Shown in pieces: positions 26,829-36,098 of a DNA stretch of 42,064 nucleotides. The notes under the pieces are model-generated. The model did no database searches and was not told where the DNA came from. It saw only the letters and a list, made by a program, of their open reading frames with translations. The translations under genes were made by a program, and so were the position numbers. Numbering within the stretch: the first letter of the stretch is position 1; each line of letters starts with the position of its first letter. Source of the DNA: Nitrospinota bacterium (GTDB taxonomy: Bacteria > Nitrospinota > Nitrospinia > Nitrospinales > VA-1); contig JAYNIA010000002.1 of assembly GCA_038108555.1 (NCBI GenBank), positions 1-42,064 of the forward strand, written 5' to 3'.

Positions 26829-28787
26829 TCAAGATTGTTCTTTTAATGAATTTAAAGCTTTCCTGAGATTTTTTTCCGCCTGGTCATAGTCAGGTTTGAG
26901 TTTGATAGCTTTTTTGAAATGAGAGATTGCTTCCTCTATTTTTTTTTGCCTGTATAGGGAATTCCCTAGATTGTTGTGAGCTTGGGCAAGACCTGGTTTA
27001 AGTTGAATAGCCATCCTGTAATGCAAATCAGCCTCCTCAAATTTACCTAAAGCAAACAAAGCACTCCCTAAATGGTCATATGCATTAGCAAAATCAGGTT
27101 TGAGTTTGATTGCCTTTATAAAATAAGGAATGGCCTCCCCCACCTTTCCCTTTGAAAACAGAATCAGGCCAAGGTCGTCATATGCAGATACAAAGTCAGG
27201 GTTGAACTTAATAACCTTTTTGAAAGAAAGAATTGCTTCTTCCGTCAATCCTTTGTCCAGCAAAGCAATTCCAAGGTTTCTATGCAATAAATAAAAATCA
27301 GTGCTTAGCTCAATAGCCTTTTTGAAATGAGAGATTGCCTCCTCTATCCCTCCTTGGTCTAACAAGGCATTTCCAAGGTTATTGTAGGCGCCAGAATAAT
27401 TAGGATTGAGGTTAATTGCTTTTTTGTATTGGGTAATAGCCTCCTCGTTCAACCCCTTGTCCCGCAGAGCATTCCCAAGGAGGTTATGTACCTTGGAAAA
27501 ATCCGGGTGTTTAGTATCTAACACTTTAATAGTATGCCCGAAAATGGTGATACTGCTTTTCCAATGGCCCACCTGGTTCCAAGTCACAACCATTAAAATT
27601 GGAATATACAAACCCGTGAGGATTATCAAAATCTTTCTCTTTTGGCGCAACTTTGCCAAAAGCTCGGGAATTCCCCAGGCAACCATGATGAATATTCCAA
27701 TAAGAGGAACATATGCATAGCGGTCAGCCATTGCCTGGACCCCCACTTGTACAATGCCAATAACTGGAACCAGGGTTCCCAGATACCAAAACCACCCTAT
27801 TGCAAAATAAGGTTTCTGCTCAACCTTTTTTATTACTGCAATAGTTATGCACACCAAAATCACCGCGCACGCTAAGCCTTTCCATAGGGATAAGGCAGGA
27901 TAAGAGTGGGGATAAAGGATGGCCAATTTTTGAGGCCATACCATCATTTCCAGGTATTTAATATAAGAAACCAGGGCATTAACAAACCGTTCCTGTAAAG
28001 GAAGTAACTCTGAAGAATTAACCGCTCCCCCACTTTTTTGGATGATATATGTCGCAATACTACCCCCTATTGAAATAAAAAAGAGAGGGAGTTTCTCGAA
28101 AATCAAACTATAAAAACTGACCGGGTTTTCTGCCAGTGCAGGGCTATCATTTTTGTTTTCATTTTTTAATCGTCCCAGAGGCCAATAATCCAGCAAAAGC
28201 AACACGAAGGGTAAAGTGACCAGCATGGGTTTTGACATTAGGCCCAAAATAAAGCACAAGACAACCAGCAAATATCTCTTAACCTCTGGTTTGCAAACAT
28301 AATAGGAGTAAGCCCCTAAAGTCAGCAGGCAGAAAAATGTGCTCAGAACATTTTTTCGCTCAGCCACCCATGCAATGGATTCAACATTTAGAGGGTGGAG
28401 GGCGAAAAGCGCAGCCACAAAACCACTTTGCCATATGCCACCAGTTATACGGAAAAGAACTAAAAACAGAATCAGGACATTTGCAATGTGAAGCAATAGG
28501 TTGGTCAGGTGATGGCCTCCGGGATTCAAACCAAAGATCTGATAATCGAGGAAATGGGAAATCCAGGTAAGAGGAATCCAGTTTTGGTCACTGGTATTGG
28601 TAAAAGCCCAAATTATACTTTCGCGAGTCAACCCTTTTTTTAAGTTTGAGTTCTCTGTAATAAAGATAGGATCATCAAAATTTATAAATTCATGGCCTTG
28701 TATTTGAGAGTAAACTCCAAAAGTGGAGACAGCTAGAAATACACAGGTTAAAAATTTTATATTTCTTTTTTCTAAATCAATGGACAT
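26829..28787 (-). CDS. TMTC-like GT-C membrane glycosyltransferase with C-terminal TPRs
   Basis: FINFDD loop after TM1, HLTNLLLH, HPLNVESIAWVAERKNVL, MADRYAY, then about six TPRs. Confidence 0.88.
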   Translation of the reverse strand: MSIDLEKRNIKFLTCVFLAVSTFGVYSQIQGHEFINFDDPIFITENSNLKKGLTRESIIWAFTNTSDQNWIPLTWISHFLDYQIFGLNPGGHHLTNLLLHIANVLILFLVLFRITGGIWQSGFVAALFALHPLNVESIAWVAERKNVLSTFFCLLTLGAYSYYVCKPEVKRYLLVVLCFILGLMSKPMLVTLPFVLLLLDYWPLGRLKNENKNDSPALAENPVSFYSLIFEKLPLFFISIGGSIATYIIQKSGGAVNSSELLPLQERFVNALVSYIKYLEMMVWPQKLAILYPHSYPALSLWKGLACAVILVCITIAVIKKVEQKPYFAIGWFWYLGTLVPVIGIVQVGVQAMADRYAYVPLIGIFIMVAWGIPELLAKLRQKRKILIILTGLYIPILMVVTWNQVGHWKSSITIFGHTIKVLDTKHPDFSKVHNLLGNALRDKGLNEEAITQYKKAINLNPNYSGAYNNLGNALLDQGGIEEAISHFKKAIELSTDFYLLHRNLGIALLDKGLTEEAILSFKKVIKFNPDFVSAYDDLGLILFSKGKVGEAIPYFIKAIKLKPDFANAYDHLGSALFALGKFEEADLHYRMAIQLKPGLAQAHNNLGNSLYRQKKIEEAISHFKKAIKLKPDYDQAEKNLRKALNSLKEQS

Positions 28788-28960
28788 CGCTACACTAAGG
28801 TGCCAAAGTTACTTTTAACTATAAATTCATGGATGCTTGACAGGGTTCTCCTCGAATTTTCGCGAGCAGTCCCAAGCAGGATCGAAATACTTTTTCTGTA
28901 AAGAGAGGGCTTGTTTCCTGAATGTGGAACGGAGATTTTCACAAATTATTTAACAATCAT

Positions 28961-29698
28961 TTATCCAGTTTCTTTAATTTCCTTCCAGACTTTATGCGCT
29001 CTTTCCAATTGCGAGCCATCGTCGATTTCGGCCCATAGAAGGTTATCCATTTTCAAATACCCTAATGTATTGTTTTGTGCGAGGGAGGAAAAACAATCCA
29101 TATCGTAACTAATCAACAAATCTGAATCGAAGTTTTTTTCGGCCTCCTGAAGCATTTTTAAATAAAAGGCATAACTTAATTTGGAGACCCCAATAAACTC
29201 TCCTACAATTGAATCTAAAGTTTTTCTGTTTTTTGAAATCTGCCGAACATTCTTTCCCTCGGCTTGCACATAAACTTCGTCTCCGGCTTGGGTCCTTCCC
29301 GAAACTAACAATAAATCACTATTCGGGGACTCCAACAATTCTCTGATAGCCTTTGCTTCAAAAATAAGATCGGATTCCAATAAAATGAAATCTGTACTAA
29401 GCAGGTCCCTAGCACACCATAAAGAATACATGGTGCCCGTTTCTGAGTATTTTTCGTTTCGAACCGTATTTATCTGCGGATATCGGAGGGAAAGGTTCTC
29501 ATAATACTCATCCATAAAACCCGTAACGATCGCAATATCACTGATACCGCATTCCAAAAGAGCTTCAATAGAATGCTCAATAATAGGTTTTTTATCATCC
29601 AGTGAAATAAAACCTTTTGGAATCCCGTTATTCAATTCTTTTAGACGCACCCCCATCCCGGCGGCAAGAATAACGGCCTGGTTAATTTTGTTGTTCAT
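28961..29698 (-). CDS. LicC-like phosphocholine/phosphonate cytidylyltransferase family protein
   Basis: AVILAAGMGVRL...PKG, N..Y..TGTMYSL, LLESDL and WAEIDD. Confidence 0.85.
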   Translation of the reverse strand: MNNKINQAVILAAGMGVRLKELNNGIPKGFISLDDKKPIIEHSIEALLECGISDIAIVTGFMDEYYENLSLRYPQINTVRNEKYSETGTMYSLWCARDLLSTDFILLESDLIFEAKAIRELLESPNSDLLLVSGRTQAGDEVYVQAEGKNVRQISKNRKTLDSIVGEFIGVSKLSYAFYLKMLQEAEKNFDSDLLISYDMDCFSSLAQNNTLGYLKMDNLLWAEIDDGSQLERAHKVWKEIKETG

Positions 29699-29710
29699 AA
29701 ATGGGAGCTT

Positions 29711-31669
29711 CTATTTGGGGCCTTCTTGAAGGTATTTGATCGCTTTATCCAGTTGCATATGGCTTCCGAATAAAATGAGCATATCACCTGACATGGTTGA
29801 AAAATCGGGGCCGGGATTGGGATAAGGTTTATTTTGTCTAACTACAGCAATAATGATGGACCCGGAACTAATATTTATTTCGCCTAAGGTTTTACCACAA
29901 GCCCATGAATCTTCCAAAATAAGATAAGACTCGGTCAAGGTCGCTGTTAAATATGTTGAAAACTTTTTCAAACTTTCCGTATTCAGGGACAATCCCCGAA
30001 ACATGCTGTAGCCTTCCATGCGGATTAATTCTACCTGTTGCTCAATGACGTTGTTTGGAATTCGATAGTCTTTGAGCACCCTGCAAAAAATTTCGATAGA
30101 AGTCTCAAACTCTTCAGGAATGACTTCATCTGCACCAGCGGCTTTCAGTTCCTCTACATGGGATGTTAATCGTGTCCGAACCATAATTTTTATATTAGAA
30201 TTCAATTTCCGTGTGAGCCGGACAGCGCCTTCAGTGCTCACTTGGTCGCTAATGGCGTAAACAATCATCCGTGCCCGCTTAACCCCTGCCCTAATGAGAG
30301 TCTTTTCCTGTGTGCAATCTCCATAATGTGTGTTCAACCCTTCAGTTAAAGCTCGTTTAACCTTTTCCCCGCTTAATTCTAGGACAATAAAAGGAATTTG
30401 GGCTTCCTGTAAAACTTTTGCCAATGTCCTGCCTCCCAGTCCATAGCCAGCAATGATGACATGTTCAGATAGAGACTCGTCTTCTTGATCCTCAATTTCT
30501 TCTGCCTGGTACTGGGCAAACATCCATATAGAAAATCGGGTGGATATTTGAATCAGAAAAGGAGCCACAAGCATGGATAGGATCGAAACTATCAATAAAG
30601 ACTGGTATTGATAATTGTCGAATAAACCTTTCTCTAAACCAATAGCGGCCAAGATAAGAGAAAACTCTCCTATCTGCGCCAGTCTCAACCCAACGACCAA
30701 AGATATTCTAAGAGGGTTTTGCATTGTGAGGCAGGCGAGAAATGCCAAAATCATCTTCAACAAAACAACAGCCGCGGCAAGGCCCGTGAAAAACAAAACG
30801 GAATCAAAAAATATTTCAATCTGCAAAAGCATTCCAACAGAGATAAAAAAGATACTGCTGAAATAATCTCGAAGGGGAAGAATGTCGATGATGATCTGGT
30901 GATTGTATTCAGAATCAGAAATAATCATTCCGGCAATCAAAGCACCCATTGCCAGAGACAGTCCCATTTTGTGCGAAATCCAACCGGTTATTAATATTAT
31001 AAATATTACCGAAAGGGTAAGGTGTTCTTTGTTCCCAAAATGAGCAATCCACGCCAAGGTCCTGGGGACAATTAACTTTGACAGGAAAAATATAGCAACC
31101 ACTGCGGCAAGGGACTCGAACATTGCCAAAGTGAGATCGAGGGCGGAAATATCTCCTGCCTGAGCCAGCAAGGGCATGAGAAGCATTATGGGAACCACAC
31201 ATAAGTCCTGAAACAATAACGTGCCGATACAAAGCCGGCCATGGAGGGTGCCTATTTCTGCAAGGTCGGTGACCATCTTTAAAACAATGGCAGTGCTACT
31301 TAAAGCAACTATCAATCCAAATCCAATACTCTGGTGCTCGGGAAAGCCGTAAAAATGAAAAATCCATCCCACGCAACTGGCCGTCAAAACCAATTGAAGT
31401 CCACCCACTCCCAATATTGAAACCAGGTCCTTTAACAACCGGGTAAGAGAAAACTCCAAGCCAATTACAAATAGAAGGAGAATCACACCAATCTCGGCAA
31501 GGTGCCTTACGGATTCGATATCTTCAATCAGTTGCCCCCCATAAGGACCAATCAGGACACCTGCAATCAGGTAGCCCATCACGGATGGTAATTTGATTTT
31601 GTGAAATAAAAGATTTATCGGAAGGGAAACGAGGAGTAGAACAGCGAGGTCTTCAATCAAATGGACCAT
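29711..31669 (-). CDS. CPA2 cation:proton antiporter with TrkA-N and TrkA-C domains
   Basis: LLFVIGLEFS, ALSSTAIV, LLFQDL, LAQIGEFS and HVIIAGYG. Confidence 0.94.
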   Translation of the reverse strand: MVHLIEDLAVLLLVSLPINLLFHKIKLPSVMGYLIAGVLIGPYGGQLIEDIESVRHLAEIGVILLLFVIGLEFSLTRLLKDLVSILGVGGLQLVLTASCVGWIFHFYGFPEHQSIGFGLIVALSSTAIVLKMVTDLAEIGTLHGRLCIGTLLFQDLCVVPIMLLMPLLAQAGDISALDLTLAMFESLAAVVAIFFLSKLIVPRTLAWIAHFGNKEHLTLSVIFIILITGWISHKMGLSLAMGALIAGMIISDSEYNHQIIIDILPLRDYFSSIFFISVGMLLQIEIFFDSVLFFTGLAAAVVLLKMILAFLACLTMQNPLRISLVVGLRLAQIGEFSLILAAIGLEKGLFDNYQYQSLLIVSILSMLVAPFLIQISTRFSIWMFAQYQAEEIEDQEDESLSEHVIIAGYGLGGRTLAKVLQEAQIPFIVLELSGEKVKRALTEGLNTHYGDCTQEKTLIRAGVKRARMIVYAISDQVSTEGAVRLTRKLNSNIKIMVRTRLTSHVEELKAAGADEVIPEEFETSIEIFCRVLKDYRIPNNVIEQQVELIRMEGYSMFRGLSLNTESLKKFSTYLTATLTESYLILEDSWACGKTLGEINISSGSIIIAVVRQNKPYPNPGPDFSTMSGDMLILFGSHMQLDKAIKYLQEGPK

Positions 31670-31749
31670 AATGGACCCTATATTGTGAAAAATTCGTACT
31701 TCTTGAAAGTATTATACAGAGGGAATCCAAAAGTAGAACCAAGATATAG

Positions 31750-31780
31750 AAAAGCCCATATATTTTGGATATGGGCTTTT
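31750..31780. terminator. Hairpin, probable terminator of the 31839 gene
   Basis: AAAAGCCCATAT / ATATGGGCTTTT perfect inverted repeat with A and T tracts on both sides. Confidence 0.75.
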
Positions 31781-31838
31781 CTTGAAACGGTGGGTCAAAC
31801 AGACGTGAAATGACCAGTTTCACGTAAAAATTTCGAAT

Positions 31839-32072
31839 TTAATCCGTGGCAAAACGTAAGGCCAGGGCAAAATCTTCTAAACCGTCTTTTTGAGCTACTG
31901 CCGCTATCTCCTTACAGCTATCCCCCCGGTCAATTGACTGAGCAGTCATTGACGAGTCGTCTAACTGCTCCCTGACTTTACTTATTAGCTCTTCAATAAT
32001 GTACTTAAACGATCTTTCATCCAACGCACACTCGATGTTTCCCCAAAAATCAGCAACCGGATCTTTCGTCAT
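31839..32072 (-). CDS. Small acidic hypothetical protein (77 aa)
   Basis: ORF 31839..32087. AGGAG precedes the second ATG (32072, MTKDPVADFWG). Flanked by a promoter and a terminator. Confidence 0.78.
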   Translation of the reverse strand: MTKDPVADFWGNIECALDERSFKYIIEELISKVREQLDDSSMTAQSIDRGDSCKEIAAVAQKDGLEDFALALRFATD

Positions 32073-32229
32073 CCCATTTCTCCTCATCGCAAAAGCCTTC
32101 GCCTTGCAGATTATGGCTCCCCCAAAAGGGCCTTTGAATTCCCCGGATTTTTCCCAAAATAATGGGAAAAAACACGGCTCCGGACCCTGGAATCAGGGCC
32201 ACAAACTTTTTCCTGTAATGAATGGAATA

Positions 32230-32258
32230 ACTATATAAAAATCAAATACTTCTGTCAA
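32230..32258 (-). promoter_or_regulatory. Sigma70-type promoter
   Basis: TTGACA-17 bp-TATAGT on the minus strand, about 150 nt upstream of the ATG at 32072. Confidence 0.75.
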
Positions 32259-32445
32259 CACCTTTTAGAAAAATCCTGATTCATCGGAAGGCAGGGATAG
32301 CGTAACCTATTATAAATAAGAGGGTTATAGGACAAAAGAAAAGCCCGTTTTTTTTAAGGAAAATGCCTAACGTTAAGCTTTAATTTTCAATCAATTAAGA
32401 GAAAACTCGAAATTCATGGAAGTTTCGAGGGAGGAGGTTCGCAGG

Positions 32446-32814
32446 TCATTCATAATAACTGGCCCCACACCCTTCCATTTCACAGATTTCAACCCGTTTC
32501 ACTCGTACGGATTCAGTATTTACCTGGGATTTCAGTTCCAAAAATAACCAGCGGGCAATATTCTCTGCGGAGGGATTTTCCTTATCAAAAGGGGGGATTT
32601 CATTAATATTGTGGTAATCCAATTGGCTCAAAATTTTCTCAACCATCTCCTTGAGCTTCACAAAATCGATTCCCACACCGATGGGGTCGAGGTCATCTGC
32701 TTCAACGGTAACCTGTGCTGTCCAATTATGTCCGTGCAGGTTTTCATATTTACCATCATATAACCTTAACTGATGGGCAGCGGCAAATCCGGTTTTAATT
32801 GTTACATCGTACAT
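32446..32814 (-). CDS. queD: 6-pyruvoyltetrahydropterin synthase/QueD family T-fold enzyme with PTPS-III-type E-x2-HGH motif
   Basis: FAAAH, YENLHGHNW, IDFVKLK and NPSAENIA motifs. The symbol is family-level only; see findings. Confidence 0.88.
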   Translation of the reverse strand: MYDVTIKTGFAAAHQLRLYDGKYENLHGHNWTAQVTVEADDLDPIGVGIDFVKLKEMVEKILSQLDYHNINEIPPFDKENPSAENIARWLFLELKSQVNTESVRVKRVEICEMEGCGASYYE

Positions 32815-32837
32815 AGCAACCTCAAATCAAAATAGTG

Positions 32838-34190
32838 TTAGTCAAGCACCACTTCCATACATTCCCGGGCAGTGCTCATCATTTTGGTTATTTCATTTTT
32901 ATTTATAACCAGGGGTGGGATGAAGTAGATCACATCCCCCAGGGGTCTTAAAAAAACTCCGCGCTTTAAGGCTTCCAAATAAATTTTATAACCCATGCGA
33001 TCTTCCACAGGATACGGCTGTTTCCCATCTTTATTTTTTACCAGTTCCAAGGCACCGATCATACCCTTTTGCCGAAATTCCCCGCACTGATTAGAATCTT
33101 CAGCAATTTGTTTTCCCAATTGTTCCATCAATTTTATTTTTGGCTTCAACGATTCCATGAATCCCTTTTCACTTAATATGGATAAAGACTCGTTGGCGAC
33201 AGCACAGGCCAGGGGATTGGCCGTGTAACTGTGGCTATGGATAAACAACTTCCAACTTTTAAAATCATCATAAAACGCCGAATAAATTTCATCGGTCGTC
33301 AAGGTAGCGGCTAATGGCAAATAGCCCGATGTTATTCCCTTGGACAGGCAAAGGAATGTCGGTTTAATTTTATGGTCACCACTTACAAAAAGGGAACCGA
33401 TCCGTCCAAAGGCTACGGCAATTTCATCAAAAATGAGATGCACTGAGTGCGAATCACAGGCAGACTGCAGCTTTTTTAAATAGACGGGAGGATAAATTTT
33501 CATCCCCGCAGCCCCCTGGACCAAGGGTTCGACAATCACACCTGCAATATTGTTTTCCTCAATAGCCTTTTCCATAGGCTCAAAACATTCTGCATTGCAG
33601 CTATCGCGGTTCAAACCGTAAGGACAGCGAAAGCAGTCCGGTCCTTCAACCTCCAGATTTTTGACTAAAACTTTTTCAAATTTGTTTCTGAAAATATCCA
33701 ATCCACACACAGATAAAGCCCCCAGTGTTTCTCCGTGATATCCTCCCTTTAAATAAATAAAACGCGTTTTATTTTCCTTTCCAGACTGCTGCCAGTATTG
33801 CAAACTCATTTTCAAAGCGACTTCAATCGAAGTCGAACCGTTGTCGGAAAAGAAAACCTTGCTTAGGTTTTGAGGGGAAAGATTCACAAGAGAAGAGGCC
33901 AGGTCAATCGCCGGCTGATGGGTTATGCCCGCAAACATCACATGGGCCATTTTCTCCAACTGATTTTTCAATGCAGAATTAAGACGGGGATGATTATGCC
34001 CCAGCAAATTCACCCACCAGGAAGAGATCGCATCTATATACCCGTTACCCTGGCGATCATATAAGTAAACACCCTCAGCGCGATCCACCATTAAAGGTTG
34101 GGTCGTTTCGTAATCTTTGTGTTGAGTACAGGGATGCCAAATGCTTTTAAAGTCCCGATCCCAATCCGACTCTTTATCTTTTTCCACCAT
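32838..34190 (-). CDS. bioA: Adenosylmethionine-8-amino-7-oxononanoate aminotransferase
   Basis: WHPCTQ, DAISSWW, GSTSIEVALKM, YHGET, DEIA, LSKGITSG, HSHSYTANPLAC and LRPLG. Confidence 0.95.
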   Translation of the reverse strand: MVEKDKESDWDRDFKSIWHPCTQHKDYETTQPLMVDRAEGVYLYDRQGNGYIDAISSWWVNLLGHNHPRLNSALKNQLEKMAHVMFAGITHQPAIDLASSLVNLSPQNLSKVFFSDNGSTSIEVALKMSLQYWQQSGKENKTRFIYLKGGYHGETLGALSVCGLDIFRNKFEKVLVKNLEVEGPDCFRCPYGLNRDSCNAECFEPMEKAIEENNIAGVIVEPLVQGAAGMKIYPPVYLKKLQSACDSHSVHLIFDEIAVAFGRIGSLFVSGDHKIKPTFLCLSKGITSGYLPLAATLTTDEIYSAFYDDFKSWKLFIHSHSYTANPLACAVANESLSILSEKGFMESLKPKIKLMEQLGKQIAEDSNQCGEFRQKGMIGALELVKNKDGKQPYPVEDRMGYKIYLEALKRGVFLRPLGDVIYFIPPLVINKNEITKMMSTARECMEVVLD

Positions 34191-34203
34191 ACTTTATTTT
34201 CGA

Positions 34204-35328
34204 TTAAAGATTATAACGAGTGGGAGAAAACTCCGAGATCTCCTTTTCCCGATCACCCTTCATTACCGAAACCATATAATCCGCCTGGTTTGGTGTCTGT
34301 AAAATTCCGTTGCGGTAATGGCCCGAAGAATAAAACAGGTTTTCATACTTCCCACTCCTCCCCATAATTGGCATCAGATCATCTGCCGCAGGACGCAAAC
34401 CCGTCCACGATTCAATTATGGTTGCATCTTTAAGACCGGGAAGGATTTCCGCCGCCCGTTCAATAAGAGAATCAATCACCCTGTCCTCTATGGAAGAATC
34501 AAATCCTTTTTCCTCCATCGTGGAACCAATTACAAAACCGTTGCCTTCTTTCCAGGGGGCGATATAAGTCATCATACCGTGAATGGTGTAGTCCAGAAAG
34601 TGATCGTCCAATCTCAGACGACACATTTGTCCTTTTATCGGTTTGATTGGAAGCTCCACCTGCAACTCAGTAGCCAGTTTTGCAGACCAGCTTCCAGAAG
34701 CAAGAACAAACTGATTCCCTTTAACTTCACCGCCCTCTGTAACCGCTGTAGAAATTTTGGAACTGGTTCGTTCAAACCCGGTCACATTGGATTCTAAAAC
34801 CTGCACGCCAAGTTTTCGGGAAGCTGCCATCAACGCATCATGCAATTGCCGATTGTTCACCTGCCCTTCCCCCACCCACATGACTTCTCCACAATCCTTC
34901 GAAAGAGAGGGAGCCTTCTTTTGCATTTTTTTTTCATCCCATATTTCATGGGGAATGGATTCGTTTTTAAAAAACTCTTTGCGCTCCTTCCAGGTATCCG
35001 TAAAAGATGAGGAGGGCATCAATGAACCGGCCTGCGAAAAATATACAGGGACCCCACTGACCGAGGTTAATTCTTTTATAAATTCGGGATATTTGTTTAA
35101 CGACTCCCGGCAAAACTCAAAAAAGGGATCGGCAACCTTGCATTCACAAAATGGGGCAAGCATTCCCGCTGCAGCCCGGGAAGCCTGAATGGAATTGACA
35201 GGATCTCCCAGAATAGCTACCCGCATTTCAGGGTTTTCCTGCTTCAGACGAAAAGCAATACTATGCCCGATCACCCCCGAACCAATCACTACGCTGTCAA
35301 ATTCTAAATCTTTCATTTCAATATCCAT
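34204..35328 (-). CDS. thiO: Glycine oxidase (FAD-dependent)
   Basis: GSGVIG, ASRAAAGMLAP, PIKGQM, WTGLRP and GHYRNGIL. Confidence 0.87.
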   Translation of the reverse strand: MDIEMKDLEFDSVVIGSGVIGHSIAFRLKQENPEMRVAILGDPVNSIQASRAAAGMLAPFCECKVADPFFEFCRESLNKYPEFIKELTSVSGVPVYFSQAGSLMPSSSFTDTWKERKEFFKNESIPHEIWDEKKMQKKAPSLSKDCGEVMWVGEGQVNNRQLHDALMAASRKLGVQVLESNVTGFERTSSKISTAVTEGGEVKGNQFVLASGSWSAKLATELQVELPIKPIKGQMCRLRLDDHFLDYTIHGMMTYIAPWKEGNGFVIGSTMEEKGFDSSIEDRVIDSLIERAAEILPGLKDATIIESWTGLRPAADDLMPIMGRSGKYENLFYSSGHYRNGILQTPNQADYMVSVMKGDREKEISEFSPTRYNL

Positions 35329-35448
35329 GGCATATTTAATTCATGGCCCTTGCCACTTGAAACCGGATTATGATATTTTAGATGCCAACTTAAACAAAGC
35401 CAAATCCATTAAATTAGGAAACGGGTATTTTGCCCTAAAAATAACGAT

Positions 35449-36093
35449 ATGAGTGAAGAAAATAATGAAGAAACCGCAATTGCGGAAGCGCGGGAAAATG
35501 CCGGAAAAAGAGTAGACCCCATCCTTGCACATTTGGATGTGGAAAATACGGATGTTGACAAAAACGTCATTCGTAAAAGATTCATCGATATATGGGAATA
35601 TGAAAACGGCGATAGCCTTTCCGAAGAAGAGCAATATTTAACCTTGGTTGCGGCCTTCATTTATAACGCCCACAATGTTATGGATGATGCCAATGTGCGC
35701 ATTGATAAAGCCCGGGCCGCTATCACTGAAGCGTTGCGCAAATGGACCCTCCCCAACCGGGAAAAACTGATAGAAAAAGAAAAAGCCTCTGATAATCCCT
35801 TCAAAACTTTTGTAGACAATCACCAACCCGAAGTGGATGACAGCCATACCTGGAGACATTTTTTACTGGAACACAAAAAGGCGGATGAAAAACAATGGGT
35901 GTACAAAATGAAAAAATGCTGGTTCGCAGAATTTTTCATTCGTTTTGGACGCGTGGACTACATTCAGTCTGCCTGCGAGTTCGATAAAATTCCCTGGGAA
36001 GACAGAAAAGAATATGTCGATCTAAAACTGAGCAACCTGTTCGCCAACCTGGGAAATCTCTGCCAGTTCGACTACAAACCTAAAAAAGAATAG
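35449..36093 (+). CDS. ATC-hydrolase (L-2-amino-thiazoline-4-carboxylate hydrolase)-like protein
   Basis: C-terminal KKCWFAEFF...ACEFD...G..CQFDY three-Cys pattern. Confidence 0.65.
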   Translation: MSEENNEETAIAEARENAGKRVDPILAHLDVENTDVDKNVIRKRFIDIWEYENGDSLSEEEQYLTLVAAFIYNAHNVMDDANVRIDKARAAITEALRKWTLPNREKLIEKEKASDNPFKTFVDNHQPEVDDSHTWRHFLLEHKKADEKQWVYKMKKCWFAEFFIRFGRVDYIQSACEFDKIPWEDRKEYVDLKLSNLFANLGNLCQFDYKPKKE

Positions 36094-36098
36094 CACTC

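Noticed and set aside
26911..27338. 20-bp direct repeat TTTTTGAAATGAGAGATTGC
   Set aside because: The 408-bp spacing equals four 34-aa TPR units, so it reflects internal TPR duplication and not a mobile-element boundary.
31803..31825. Palindrome ACGTGAAA-N7-TTTCACGT as a Rex or CRP site
   Set aside because: Spacing does not fit either consensus. It may be a simple 3' hairpin, so no assignment is made.
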